The position numbers and the translations under genes are program-made. The notes under the pieces were generated by a model. The model did not search any database. It was given only the letters and a program-made list of their open reading frames with translations, and was not told where the DNA came from. From an uncultured Thermoleophilia bacterium (GTDB lineage Bacteria > Actinomycetota > Thermoleophilia > Gaiellales > Gaiellaceae): DNA of 64,000 bases. The stretch spans positions 16,152-80,151 of the forward strand of contig CAVWTX010000011.1 in the NCBI GenBank assembly GCA_963758065.1. The letters are read 5' to 3'. Every line of letters starts with the position of its first letter. Within the stretch, counting starts at the first letter, position 1. This document shows, piece after piece, positions 1 through 8,648 of this stretch.

Positions 1-749
1 TCGAGCGCGGCGACCCCAGCGCCAAGGAGCGCATGATCAACTCAAATCTGCGCCTGGTCGTCTCGATCGCCAAGCGCTACAAGGGCCATGGGGTCGCGTT
101 CGGCGACCTCATTCAGGAGGGAGCGATCGGCCTCAACCGCGCCGTCGAGAAGTTCGACTGGCGCAAGGGCTTCAAGTTCTCGACCTACGCCACCTGGTGG
201 ATCCGGCAGGCGTGCCAGCGAGCCATCTCGAACCAGTCGCGGACGATCCGTGTTCCCGCGCACGTCCACGAGCGCCGGCTGAAGCTCTTTCGTCTGACCC
301 GCGAGTTCGAGGTCGAGCACGGGCGCGAGCCCACAACGCAGGAGCTGGCGGAGGCCGCCGGGTACGAGCTCGTCCACGTCGAGGAGGCCCTCGCGGCGGT
401 CGAGGCCTCGGTATCGCTCAACCAGGAGGTCGGCACCGATGGCGGCGCCGAGCTCGGCGATCTCTTCGCAGATCCGGACGCTGCAGACCCGGTCGAGGAG
501 GCCGGCGCGATCCTGCGGAGGCACGCCGTCCGCGCTGCGCTCCAGACGCTGCCCGAGCTCGAGCGGAGGGTTCTCGAGCTCCGGTTCGGCTTCGACGGCG
601 AGCAGCAGACGCTCGAGGCGATCGAGCGCGAGCTCGGGATGTCCCGTGAGCGCCTCCACAGGCTCGAGCGGCGGGCCTTCGCCCAGCTCGGCGCGAAGCT
701 TGAAGGCGTGGTCGATGCAGCGCCGGACGAGCTCGCAGACTCCGCCTGA
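1..749 (+). CDS. RNA polymerase sigma-70 family factor (RpoD/SigA-like), 5' end outside window
   Basis: Frame is open from nt 3 ([26 protein letters not shown]). Region 2 motifs [18 protein letters not shown] and [12 protein letters not shown], then region 3 and region 4 HTH ([23 protein letters not shown]). Stop at 747-749. Confidence 0.9.
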   Translation, partial: ERGDPSAKERMINSNLRLVVSIAKRYKGHGVAFGDLIQEGAIGLNRAVEKFDWRKGFKFSTYATWWIRQACQRAISNQSRTIRVPAHVHERRLKLFRLTREFEVEHGREPTTQELAEAAGYELVHVEEALAAVEASVSLNQEVGTDGGAELGDLFADPDAADPVEEAGAILRRHAVRAALQTLPELERRVLELRFGFDGEQQTLEAIERELGMSRERLHRLERRAFAQLGAKLEGVVDAAPDELADSA

Positions 750-963
750 GCGCTCGCTCTGAGCTTGACGTTAGGAGCTTCGACACGCCTACGGGCCTGG
801 AACCGCTGCGGGGGAGTAGGATGATCGAACTGGCCTCGCGGTCAGCACCCCGGCCGGAACCCCGAAGGCCGTCGACGTGCCACAGCACGCGAGACGATGG
901 AGCCTCGGCGAACAGAGTTGACTGAGTCGCGGGGCCAGCACTCTTAGACGAAGGGAGGCTGGA

Positions 964-1191
964 TTGGCGAACCGTAGGCAGCAGACCCAGGCCAAGGCGG
1001 CGCGAGAACGAACCGTCCGGGAGCGTCGCGAGCGAAAGCAGGAGAAGAAGAGAGCTGCCGCGGCCGAGCGGAAGGAACGCGCGGAAGGCGGTCTCCCGCC
1101 GGAGCACGAAGACGTCGCGGCTCTCTCGCCGGAGCGCGAAGACGTCGCGGCAGGCGGTCTCTCACCGGAGCGCGAAGACGTCGCGGACTAG
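964..1191 (+). CDS. small Arg/Lys/Glu-rich hypothetical protein with three C-terminal PE(H/R)EDVA repeats
   Basis: TTG start 5 nt after SD AAGGGAGG (951-958). 75 aa. Its stop abuts the stop of the convergent ORF at 1192. Confidence 0.4.
   Translation: MANRRQQTQAKAARERTVRERRERKQEKKRAAAAERKERAEGGLPPEHEDVAALSPEREDVAAGGLSPEREDVAD
1087..1186. repeat. imperfect tandem repeat x3 inside the small ORF
   Basis: Core ccggagcRcgaagacgtcgcgg at 1099-1120, 1129-1150 and 1165-1186 (periods 30 and 36 nt). ggcggtctc precedes copies 1 and 3. Confidence 0.8.
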
Positions 1192-1461
1192 CTAGAACCG
1201 CTCCTCGATACTCATCAGACCGAACGACACGATCGTGCGGTAGTGCGGGAATGCGTGGTGCCCTGCCTGAAGCAGGACCTGGTCTCCCGATTCGAGGATC
1301 CTCTGGTAGACGTACAGCGGCACCTTCACCGATCGCTCACAGTCGCTCTTCGAGCACTCGCAACCGAACTCGACGAGGCCCTGTGTGTCGGTTGCCGGAC
1401 TGCCGTCGGCTTTGCTCTCGTTCTCACGCCGACGTGCGACGTGATGGGTCATTCCGTCCAT
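1192..1461 (-). CDS. hypothetical protein (89 aa, Cys-rich core GCECSKSDCERS)
   Basis: Only the C-terminal 89 codons of track ORF 1192..1971 look protein-like. ATG at 1461 (alternative 1452). The upstream part is Arg/Ser-rich antisense of carD. Confidence 0.4.
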   Translation of the reverse strand: MDGMTHHVARRRENESKADGSPATDTQGLVEFGCECSKSDCERSVKVPLYVYQRILESGDQVLLQAGHHAFPHYRTIVSFGLMSIEERF

Positions 1462-1600
1462 GGGACACCGCCTCTCGATCGCCCTCTGACCTGAACGGAT
1501 AAGGAGGGCGCGACCGGCCGCCTTCGGTATTCGTCCCGTACTCACGCAGTGTACGCACGCGGCGGGCCGCGTACGGGATCTCGCCTTTGCCGAGTACGCT

Positions 1601-2110
1601 ATGAGAGTGAACCTCGCAGTTGGCGACCTGGTCGTGTACGGCAACCACGGGGTCGGCCGCATTGCAGCCCGGAAGGAGCAGACGATTCTCGGGACCGCGC
1701 GGGAAGTCGTCGTGATCGAGCTGGAGGGCGAGCTCACGGCGACCTTACCGCTGGAGCTGGCGCAGACGCAGCTGAGGCCGTTAGCCAGCGAGGCCGACCT
1801 GCGCCGGGTCCGCGAGGCACTTCGCGACGACAGCCAGCTCAACGTCGATCCCTGGCTCTCCCGGCGAAGGGAGACGCTGGAGAAGCTCACCGGCGGCAAT
1901 CCGGTGCAGCTGGCCGAGATCGTGAGCGAGGGCGCCCAGCGCGAACGGCTCCGCGCTGCAAAGGGAAGCAAGCCTCAGCTCTCCACGGGGGAACGCGAGA
2001 TCTTCGGCAAGGCGAGGAGGCTGCTCTCGGGCGAGATCGCGCTGGCGCTCGGCATCCAGGCGGCTGCAGCGGAAGGCTGGATCGACAAGCATCTGGCGCG
2101 GCCGGCCTAG
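1601..2110 (+). CDS. carD: CarD/CdnL family transcriptional regulator
   Basis: N-terminal CarD_CdnL_TRCF-like motif VGDLVVYGNHGVGRI followed by a helical C-terminal domain. 169 aa, typical size. Confidence 0.85.
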   Translation: MRVNLAVGDLVVYGNHGVGRIAARKEQTILGTAREVVVIELEGELTATLPLELAQTQLRPLASEADLRRVREALRDDSQLNVDPWLSRRRETLEKLTGGNPVQLAEIVSEGAQRERLRAAKGSKPQLSTGEREIFGKARRLLSGEIALALGIQAAAAEGWIDKHLARPA

Positions 2111-2128
2111 ATAGGCCGCGCCGACGCC

Positions 2129-3310
2129 TTACCACTTCGACCTGCCGCGCCGGCGGCTCGAATACACGAGCCGGGGTCGCGCAGCGTGGAGCCCCGCATC
2201 TTCGAATTGCTGACCGTGCCCGAGGCGGGTCGCGACGCGGCTCGTGTCTGCCTGCTGGTCGGGCAGGACGAAGGTCACCGCCGTCCCGTCGTTCCCGGCA
2301 CGACCCGTCCGACCGGTGCGATGGACGTATTCCTTGTGCTCTGCGGGCGGGTCGAAGTTGACGACGTGAGCGATGTGCTCGATGTCGAGTCCGCGCGCGG
2401 CGACGTCGGTCGCGACGAGTACCCGCGCGTCGCCGCTCTCGAAGCGTCTGAGCGCACGTTGGCGCTGCGACTGCGAGAGGTCGCCGTGCATGGAGGCCGC
2501 GTGAATCTCGCGGCGTGAGAGCTTGCGGACGAGGTTGTCGGCGCCTCGCTTCGTTCGCACGAAGACGAGCGTTCGGCCCTCCGCGGCCAGGAGGTGTTCG
2601 ACGAGTGTGTCGACTTTCGTGTCGTGCGCGACCGGGACGAAGCGGTGAGTGATCTCACCGGTCTCGCCGGCGGACGGTAGCCCGGCCTGGAAACGTGACG
2701 GCGCGTTCGTATACCTGCGCGCGAGCTCTCCGACCTCGTCGTCGAGCGTGGCCGAGAAGAACATCGTCTGCCGGTTCCGCGGGAGGCGCTTCACGATCCG
2801 GTCGACTTGCGGCTTGAAGCCCATGTCGAGCATCCGGTCCGCCTCGTCGAGGACGAGGATGCGAACGGCGTCGAGTTCCACCAGGCGCCGATCGAGAAGG
2901 TCCTGCAGACGTCCTGGTGTCGCAACGACGACGTGCGCCGAGCGGGCGCGCTTCGCTTGAGCGGGCAGGGGCACGCCGCCATAGACGGCAGCCACCGACA
3001 GCCCCTTCGGGCGCCCGACGACGACGAGCTCGTCGCTTACTTGCTGCGCGAGCTCGCGAGTGGGGACGAGGACGAGCGCGCCCGGGCGGCGGTCCTTCGG
3101 GCTGGTGCGTTCCGCGATCGGGATCGCGAACGCGAGCGTCTTCCCCGACCCGGTCGGGGACTTCGCGAGGATGTCGAGTCCTGCGATGGCGTCCGGGAGG
3201 ACGCTGGCCTGGATCGCGAAGGGCTCGACGATCGAATGGGCCGCGAGCGCGTCGGTGACGTGCGACGACACGCCGAGCTCGCGGAAAGACTGCTTGGACA
3301 AGTTGTTCAA
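2129..3310 (-). CDS. DEAD-box ATP-dependent RNA helicase
   Basis: Q-motif region FAIQ, Walker A SPTGSGKT, VLDEADRMLD (DEAD), SAT, HRTGRTGRAG. TTG start at 3310 with SD GAAGGAG. Confidence 0.92.
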   Translation of the reverse strand: MNNLSKQSFRELGVSSHVTDALAAHSIVEPFAIQASVLPDAIAGLDILAKSPTGSGKTLAFAIPIAERTSPKDRRPGALVLVPTRELAQQVSDELVVVGRPKGLSVAAVYGGVPLPAQAKRARSAHVVVATPGRLQDLLDRRLVELDAVRILVLDEADRMLDMGFKPQVDRIVKRLPRNRQTMFFSATLDDEVGELARRYTNAPSRFQAGLPSAGETGEITHRFVPVAHDTKVDTLVEHLLAAEGRTLVFVRTKRGADNLVRKLSRREIHAASMHGDLSQSQRQRALRRFESGDARVLVATDVAARGLDIEHIAHVVNFDPPAEHKEYVHRTGRTGRAGNDGTAVTFVLPDQQADTSRVATRLGHGQQFEDAGLHAARPRLVYSSRRRGRSKW

Positions 3311-3522
3311 CTCCTTCTACGTTCGAGATTCGCCTGCCCCGAACGTCCGAAGGAGGAACGAGAAGCTCATCTCACCGGCCGGCAGGATTGCCGACCGTGC
3401 CGCCACGGTAGCAGTCGGCCGGTTCTCGCGCGTCTTCCGGCGCGATTGCGTCACACACAGGTGACCGCGAGAGCGAGGAACGGGCGGGCAGCGTCCTCTT
3501 CTCGCCCATTATTCTCGCGCGC

Positions 3523-4548
3523 GTGCCGTTTGCGCCTTCGCCCCATCGCTACGACAGCATGTCCTACCGCCGCACCGGGCGGAGCGGGCTGCATCTCCCT
3601 GCGATCTCCCTCGGTCTCTGGTGGAACTTCGGTCACGACCGTCCGTTGGACACGAGCACGGCAATCGTCCGGCGCGCGTTCGACCTCGGAATCACCCACT
3701 TCGACCTCGCCAACAACTATGGGCCGCCGTACGGCTCGGCGGAGGAGAACTTCGGCCGGCTGCTGCGGCGGGATCTTCGGCCGTTTCGGGACGAGCTCGT
3801 CGTCTCCACGAAGGCGGGGTACGACATGTGGCCGGGGCCGTACGGCGACCACGGGTCGCGCAAGTATCTCCTCGCGAGCCTCGACCAAAGCCTCGAGCGG
3901 CTCGGCCTCGACTACGTCGACATCTTCTACTCGCACCGCTTCGATCCCGACACCCCGCTCGAGGAGACGATGGGGGCGCTCGACACCGCCGTCCGGCAGG
4001 GGAAGGCGCTGTACGCGGGCATCTCGTCCTACTCGGCTGCGAAGACCCGTGAGGCGGCCGCGATCCTGCGCGAGCTCGGGACGCCGCTTCTGATCCACCA
4101 GCCGTCCTATTCGATGCTCAACCGCTGGATCGAGCCGGACCTCCTGGACGCGCTCGGCGAGCTCGGCGTCGGCACCATCGTCTTCTCCCCGCTTGCCCAA
4201 GGGATGCTGACCGACAAGTATCTCCACGGGGTTCCCGAGGGATCGCGCGCCGATCGTCCGTACTCCCTCTCGACTCAGCTCCTGAGCGACGACGCGCTCG
4301 ACAAGATCCGCGCCCTGAACGACATCGCCGCGCGCCGCGGCCAGACTCTCGCGCAGATGGCCCTCGCCTGGACGCTCCGAGACCCGCGTGTGACGTCCAC
4401 GCTCGTCGGCGCGTCGAGCGTGGCTCAGCTCGAGGACAACGTCGCCTCGCTCGAGAACCTCGCGTTCTCGGACGACGAGCTCGCCGAGATCGACCGGTAT
4501 GCGACCGACAGCGGCATCAACATCTGGGCCGCCTCGAGCGAGACCTGA
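3523..4548 (+). CDS. gpr: aldo/keto reductase, YghZ/Gpr-like (L-glyceraldehyde 3-phosphate reductase family)
   Basis: From memory it is near-colinear with E. coli YghZ: GITHFDLANNYGPPYGSAEENFGRLL, STKAGYDMWPGPYG, SRKYLLASLDQSLERLGLDYVDIFYSHR, LIHQPSYSMLNRW. Confidence 0.85.
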   Translation: MPFAPSPHRYDSMSYRRTGRSGLHLPAISLGLWWNFGHDRPLDTSTAIVRRAFDLGITHFDLANNYGPPYGSAEENFGRLLRRDLRPFRDELVVSTKAGYDMWPGPYGDHGSRKYLLASLDQSLERLGLDYVDIFYSHRFDPDTPLEETMGALDTAVRQGKALYAGISSYSAAKTREAAAILRELGTPLLIHQPSYSMLNRWIEPDLLDALGELGVGTIVFSPLAQGMLTDKYLHGVPEGSRADRPYSLSTQLLSDDALDKIRALNDIAARRGQTLAQMALAWTLRDPRVTSTLVGASSVAQLEDNVASLENLAFSDDELAEIDRYATDSGINIWAASSET

Positions 4549-4592
4549 GTCCAGCGATTCGCTTACCTCGCGGTCGTGGCGCCCGAGACCGC

Positions 4593-5192
4593 CTAGCTCG
4601 GTAGCTTGCCCACGTTCCGGTGGTGCCAGAAGTCCCACCAGTTGAAGAGCTCCGCGTGGTCCCTCCCGCCCTGACGCGCGATGCCGAGGAAGTCCTTGTG
4701 TGTCTCCTGGCCGAGCTTCTCGTGCGTCCACGCGAGGACGGACACGTTCCCCTCGAACGTGCAGAATCGGCGTCCGGCAACGGCGCCCGTCCCGTGGACC
4801 CACTCCCCCTCGCCGGTCCATCTCCTTCCGCTGCACCGGCCGAAGTCGCGGCCGATTCCGAGAGTCCGTCTCTGCTCCTCGTATGCGGCGCTGAGCGCCG
4901 CGGCGTCGTCGAACACGAAGATCTCGATCTGGTCTGGGTAGAACTGGCCGGAGGGCAGATCCGCCGGCTGCTCGCAGGTCGCGCTCTCGCTCGCGCCCAG
5001 GCGAGGCGCGGCGTCGACAGTGCAGCCTCCGAACAGGGCCGGCTCGACGAGGTCTTCGAGCCCCGTGTTGGCGTCGACGACTGCAGAGGTTCCCGGCGGC
5101 CCTGTGATCGGCGGTGACGTCGTGGAATCGGATCCCGTGGCGAAGTAGACGACGATCCCGGAAACGGCGGCGGCGCCGACAGCGACGATCAC
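4593..5192 (-). CDS. single-TM plus extracellular 4-Cys domain; probable detached C-terminal half of the upstream Ser/Thr kinase
   Basis: Starts with TM helix IVAVGAAAVSGIVVYFA and overlaps the kinase stop (GTGA). The same frame reads RSRIPGWLLAV upstream of the GTG. Confidence 0.6.
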   Translation of the reverse strand: MIVAVGAAAVSGIVVYFATGSDSTTSPPITGPPGTSAVVDANTGLEDLVEPALFGGCTVDAAPRLGASESATCEQPADLPSGQFYPDQIEIFVFDDAAALSAAYEEQRRTLGIGRDFGRCSGRRWTGEGEWVHGTGAVAGRRFCTFEGNVSVLAWTHEKLGQETHKDFLGIARQGGRDHAELFNWWDFWHHRNVGKLPS

Positions 5193-6268
5193 TGCCAGCA
5201 GCCAGCCGGGGATCCTCGAACGCCCAGTCGGCCGTCGCCGGCCGGCTCCGCGGCGCCGGCGGCAGGAACTGGATCCGCTGCCACCGCCACGGGCTCCGCC
5301 ACGACCGGTTCGGCCTGCTCTCGCCCCGGGGGCTCCTCCGAAGGCCCCCCCTCGGGCTCGTCGGCTTCGGGAGGCTCGTCCTTCGTCGCTTCGACGTCCG
5401 CAACGGGAACGGGCTGCCGGCCGATCGACGTGCCTCGGCCGAGCGCGGCAGCGTGCGCGGCGTCGATCAGCTCCTCACACGTCGACGGCCGGTCGTCCAT
5501 GGCCTTCGACAGCGCAGCCGCGACAACGCGGTCGAGTTCTCTGGGGAGGTCGGGGCGTGCGTTCCGCAGGCTCGGCGGCCGCTCCGTCATGTGCGCGTGC
5601 ATGACGGCGACCTCCGCGTCGTGCTCGAACGGCGCCCGCCCGGCGAGGCACTCGTAGAGGACGCAGCCGAGGGCGTACACGTCGGTCCGGGCGTCGACCG
5701 GGAGGCCCTCGATCTGCTCCGGCGCCGCGTAGTCGACGGTCCCGATGAAGAATCCCGTCTGCGTGAGACCGTGGGAGGCGGTGTGCTTGACGACGCCGAA
5801 GTCGGTCAGGAAGACGCGGTCGGACGGCTCCTCGATCAGGATGTTCGCCGGCTTGACGTCGCGGTGCACGAGATCCCGCTCGTGCGCGGCGTCGAGAGCG
5901 CTGGCGGCTTGCTCGAGGAGGAAGAGGGTGCGTCCGATGCTCAGAGGGCCGTCGCCCTTGAGCAGCGTCTTCAGGTCGGGGCCCTGGACGTAGCGCATCG
6001 CGATGTAGAACTGGCCCTCTGCGTCGCCCGCGTCGTAGATCGGGACGATGTTCGGGTGGTCGATCTCCGCGGCCCGGCGTGATTCACGCTCGAACCGCTC
6101 TCGAAAGCTGTCGTCCTCGCTCAGCGCTGGAGAGAGGAGCTTGAGCGCGACTTTCCGGCCGAGGCGCTGGTGTTCGGCGAGGTAGACGACGCTCATCCCG
6201 CCACGCCCGAGCAGCTTCTCGAGCCGGTAGCCGGCGACCGTCGTTCCGATTCTCGTCGACGAACTCAT
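5189..6268 (-). CDS. Ser/Thr protein kinase (Hanks type), catalytic domain plus Pro/Glu/Ala linker
   Basis: GRGGMSVVY glycine loop, VALK, HRDVKPANILI, DFG, APE. Confidence 0.92.
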   Translation of the reverse strand: MSSSTRIGTTVAGYRLEKLLGRGGMSVVYLAEHQRLGRKVALKLLSPALSEDDSFRERFERESRRAAEIDHPNIVPIYDAGDAEGQFYIAMRYVQGPDLKTLLKGDGPLSIGRTLFLLEQAASALDAAHERDLVHRDVKPANILIEEPSDRVFLTDFGVVKHTASHGLTQTGFFIGTVDYAAPEQIEGLPVDARTDVYALGCVLYECLAGRAPFEHDAEVAVMHAHMTERPPSLRNARPDLPRELDRVVAAALSKAMDDRPSTCEELIDAAHAAALGRGTSIGRQPVPVADVEATKDEPPEADEPEGGPSEEPPGREQAEPVVAEPVAVAADPVPAAGAAEPAGDGRLGVRGSPAGCWQ

Positions 6269-6431
6269 AGGTCCTCCAGGCCGGCCGATCGGCTTGCTGC
6301 GCGCGACGATGGTAACACCCTACGACGGCGCTGAAAAAGCCGTCACGCCCTGGGATGTCGCTCTATCATGCGGCTCCCGCCCGATTGCAGGCAGGCTGGC
6401 GCGCGCTCGGAACGGTCAGTGCCTGCGTTTT

Positions 6432-8456
6432 CTACGCGGGCGCAGCGTCGAGAACCGCGAGGCGATCCAGCAGGCGCTGCTCGGCAGCCTTGTCGCCCAT
6501 CCGCGCCGCGACCTTGCGCGCCCTCCTCCACAGCTCGGCTGCCTGGTCGCGTGCGTCGAGTGCCGCCGCCTTGTCTCCCGCCCGCTCGAGGTAGTCGAGC
6601 GCTTTCGGGAAGTCCTGGCTTCGCGCGTAGTGGTGCGCGACGAGCTCGAGGTATTCGTCCAGGGACGGTGCGAAGAGCTCCTCGATGGCCGCCGCCACTC
6701 TGCCGTGAAGCTCCTGCAGGCGCGCCGCGGTCATCGTCGAGAGGGCAGCCTCCTGGAGGAGGCCGTGCCGGAAGGAGCACTCGAGCTCCGGGTAGCGGCG
6801 GAGCTCGCGCACGACGTCGGCTCGAAACAGCACGGCCAGGTCTGCCTCGATGTCGTCGCTCTCCGCGACGTGGCCAAGGACGCGAACCGGGAACGTGCGT
6901 CCGCAGACGGCAGCGACCTGCGCGAGCCGGCGTGCCCCCTCTGGAAGACGGTCGATTCGTGCCACGAGGAGGTTTTCGAGCGCCGGTGGAAGGAGGTTCG
7001 CCGCCTTGACGGTCAGCGTCCACGTCTCCTGCGGGCGTTCGAGACCGCCGCCGTCGACGAGGGCTCCGAGAAACTCCTCGAGGTAGAGCGGATTCCCCTC
7101 GGCGCGCTCGACGATCACCTGCAGGGCGGAATCGTCGAGACCAGGCATGAGGACACGGAGGTAGGCGATCGCGGAGCTCTCGCGCAATGGGGCGAGCGCC
7201 ACCTCGTCCGCTCGATGCGCGTAGTCGGCGAGGACGCGAAGGCGCAGGCGCGACCCCTCCGAGGAGGGATCCGGCCGTGAGGTGAAGACCAGCAAGAGCG
7301 GAGCGCGATCGGTCACGTCGAGGAGGTCCTCCGCCAGCTCCCTCGTGCAGCGGTCGGCGAAGTGCACGTCCTCGAGGGCCAGCGCGAGCGGCCCCTGCCC
7401 TGCCAGCGCCTCCACCCACGTCCGGTACGCCATGTGAAGCTCGGCGGCGAGCCCTTCCGGTGGAAGCTCGCGAACGCGTGACTCGAGCTCGGGCTCGAGC
7501 TTCACCCCCAGGAGGCGACCGAGCGCGGGGAGCACGTCCGGGAGCCGCGGACCGAGCAGCGCACCCAGCTTCGCGCGCGCCTTCGTACGGACCGCGATCT
7601 CCGCCTCGCCGTCGTGCACGCCGAGCCAGCTCCTCAAGATCTCCGCGAACGGCCAATAGAGGAGCTCGCCGCCGTACGACGGGCAGTGCCGCTCGAGCCA
7701 CGTCGTGCCGACCCCGGCCATCTCGCGCAGCTCGCCCAGCAGCCGTGTCTTGCCGATTCCTGCGTCGCCGGTGAGGAGCACGACCTGGCCGCGGCCGGAG
7801 TCGAGCTCACGCATCACGGCCAGAAGGCGGCTGACCTCGTCGTCCCGGCCAACGAGGACTCCTGGCGGCGCGGGACGACCGGCGGCCGCTTCGACCAAAC
7901 GCGACGCCGCTACGGGTTTGGATCTTCCCTTGACGCTGATCTCGCCGATCGGTTCGAGCACGAACCGCGTTCCGAGATGCTGAGCGGTCGCGTCACCGAC
8001 GACGATCGATCCGGGTGTGGCTGCCGCCTGGAGTCGAGCGGCCACGTTCGTCGCATCGCCGAGCGCCACCGGTTGGGGATCCGCCCCGCCAACCGTCCCG
8101 ACCGCGGCTTGTCCGCTGTTGACGCCGATCCGAACGTTGAAGTCTGCGATCCCCCACGCTGCTTCGATGTCGCGGGCGTATTCGCCGACGACCGCGAGTA
8201 TGCGCAGCGCGGCGCGCGCGGCACGCTCCGGGTCGTCCTCGTGGGCCGCCGGAACGCCGAAATAGGCACAGATGCCGTCTCCCGCATACGCCTGGACGAA
8301 ACCGCCGTACTCCTCGACCGCGCGGCTCATGCGATTCACACACTCACCGACGAGCGCCTTCACCTCCTCGGGCGCCAACCTCTCGCCCAGCGCGGTCGAG
8401 CCGACGATGTCGGAGAACAGGACGGTGACGGGCCGCAACTCGTCGGCGTGAGTCAT
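6432..8456 (-). CDS. class III adenylate/guanylate cyclase domain fused to AAA (STAND-like) ATPase and TPR-like C-terminus
   Basis: VTVLFSDIVGSTAL...YAGDGICAYFG cyclase core, Walker A GDAGIGKTRL, long helical repeat tail. 674 aa with no frame break seen. Confidence 0.88.
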   Translation of the reverse strand: MTHADELRPVTVLFSDIVGSTALGERLAPEEVKALVGECVNRMSRAVEEYGGFVQAYAGDGICAYFGVPAAHEDDPERAARAALRILAVVGEYARDIEAAWGIADFNVRIGVNSGQAAVGTVGGADPQPVALGDATNVAARLQAAATPGSIVVGDATAQHLGTRFVLEPIGEISVKGRSKPVAASRLVEAAAGRPAPPGVLVGRDDEVSRLLAVMRELDSGRGQVVLLTGDAGIGKTRLLGELREMAGVGTTWLERHCPSYGGELLYWPFAEILRSWLGVHDGEAEIAVRTKARAKLGALLGPRLPDVLPALGRLLGVKLEPELESRVRELPPEGLAAELHMAYRTWVEALAGQGPLALALEDVHFADRCTRELAEDLLDVTDRAPLLLVFTSRPDPSSEGSRLRLRVLADYAHRADEVALAPLRESSAIAYLRVLMPGLDDSALQVIVERAEGNPLYLEEFLGALVDGGGLERPQETWTLTVKAANLLPPALENLLVARIDRLPEGARRLAQVAAVCGRTFPVRVLGHVAESDDIEADLAVLFRADVVRELRRYPELECSFRHGLLQEAALSTMTAARLQELHGRVAAAIEELFAPSLDEYLELVAHHYARSQDFPKALDYLERAGDKAAALDARDQAAELWRRARKVAARMGDKAAEQRLLDRLAVLDAAPA

Positions 8457-8648
8457 GGGCCCATTCTCGCATCGGGCCCCGGGCCCCCGGGGGACCGGCC
8501 AGCGGCTTCGTGAAGGTGATCGACTCGGGTCCTTCCAGTACTTCCGGGTGTGTGAGATACTCGGTCACTCCCTTCCTCTCAGAAGTCGAACAATCGAGCA
8601 ACGGGATCCGGCCCGTGAACCGAGCGCCGGATCGAGAGGGGGAGCACG

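Noticed and set aside
790-900. Possible small RNA (6C-like) downstream of the sigma-factor gene, from C-rich loops such as cggcc-ggaaccccgaa-ggccg
   Set aside because: There are only four Cs per loop and the stems are weak, and I cannot verify covariation. The evidence is too thin to call a feature.
918-950. Promoter for the small ORF (TTGACT at 918-923)
   Set aside because: No acceptable -10 hexamer lies at 16-19 nt spacing (ctctta/tagacg), so I did not call it.
1087-1186. Short tandem repeats that could be mistaken for a mini CRISPR array
   Set aside because: There are only three units and the intervening sequences are 8-14 nt and partly repeated. The repeats lie in frame inside an SD-preceded ORF, and no cas genes are present.
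3451-5403. 650-aa ORF, and similar long ORFs 6343..7701, 15481..18735, 18938..20713 N-terminus, 47701..49734 N-terminus and 59102..61369
   Set aside because: Their translations are Arg/Pro/Gly/Ala-rich and low in complexity, and they lie antisense or out of frame to clearly homologous genes. These are typical stop-poor shadow frames of high-GC DNA.
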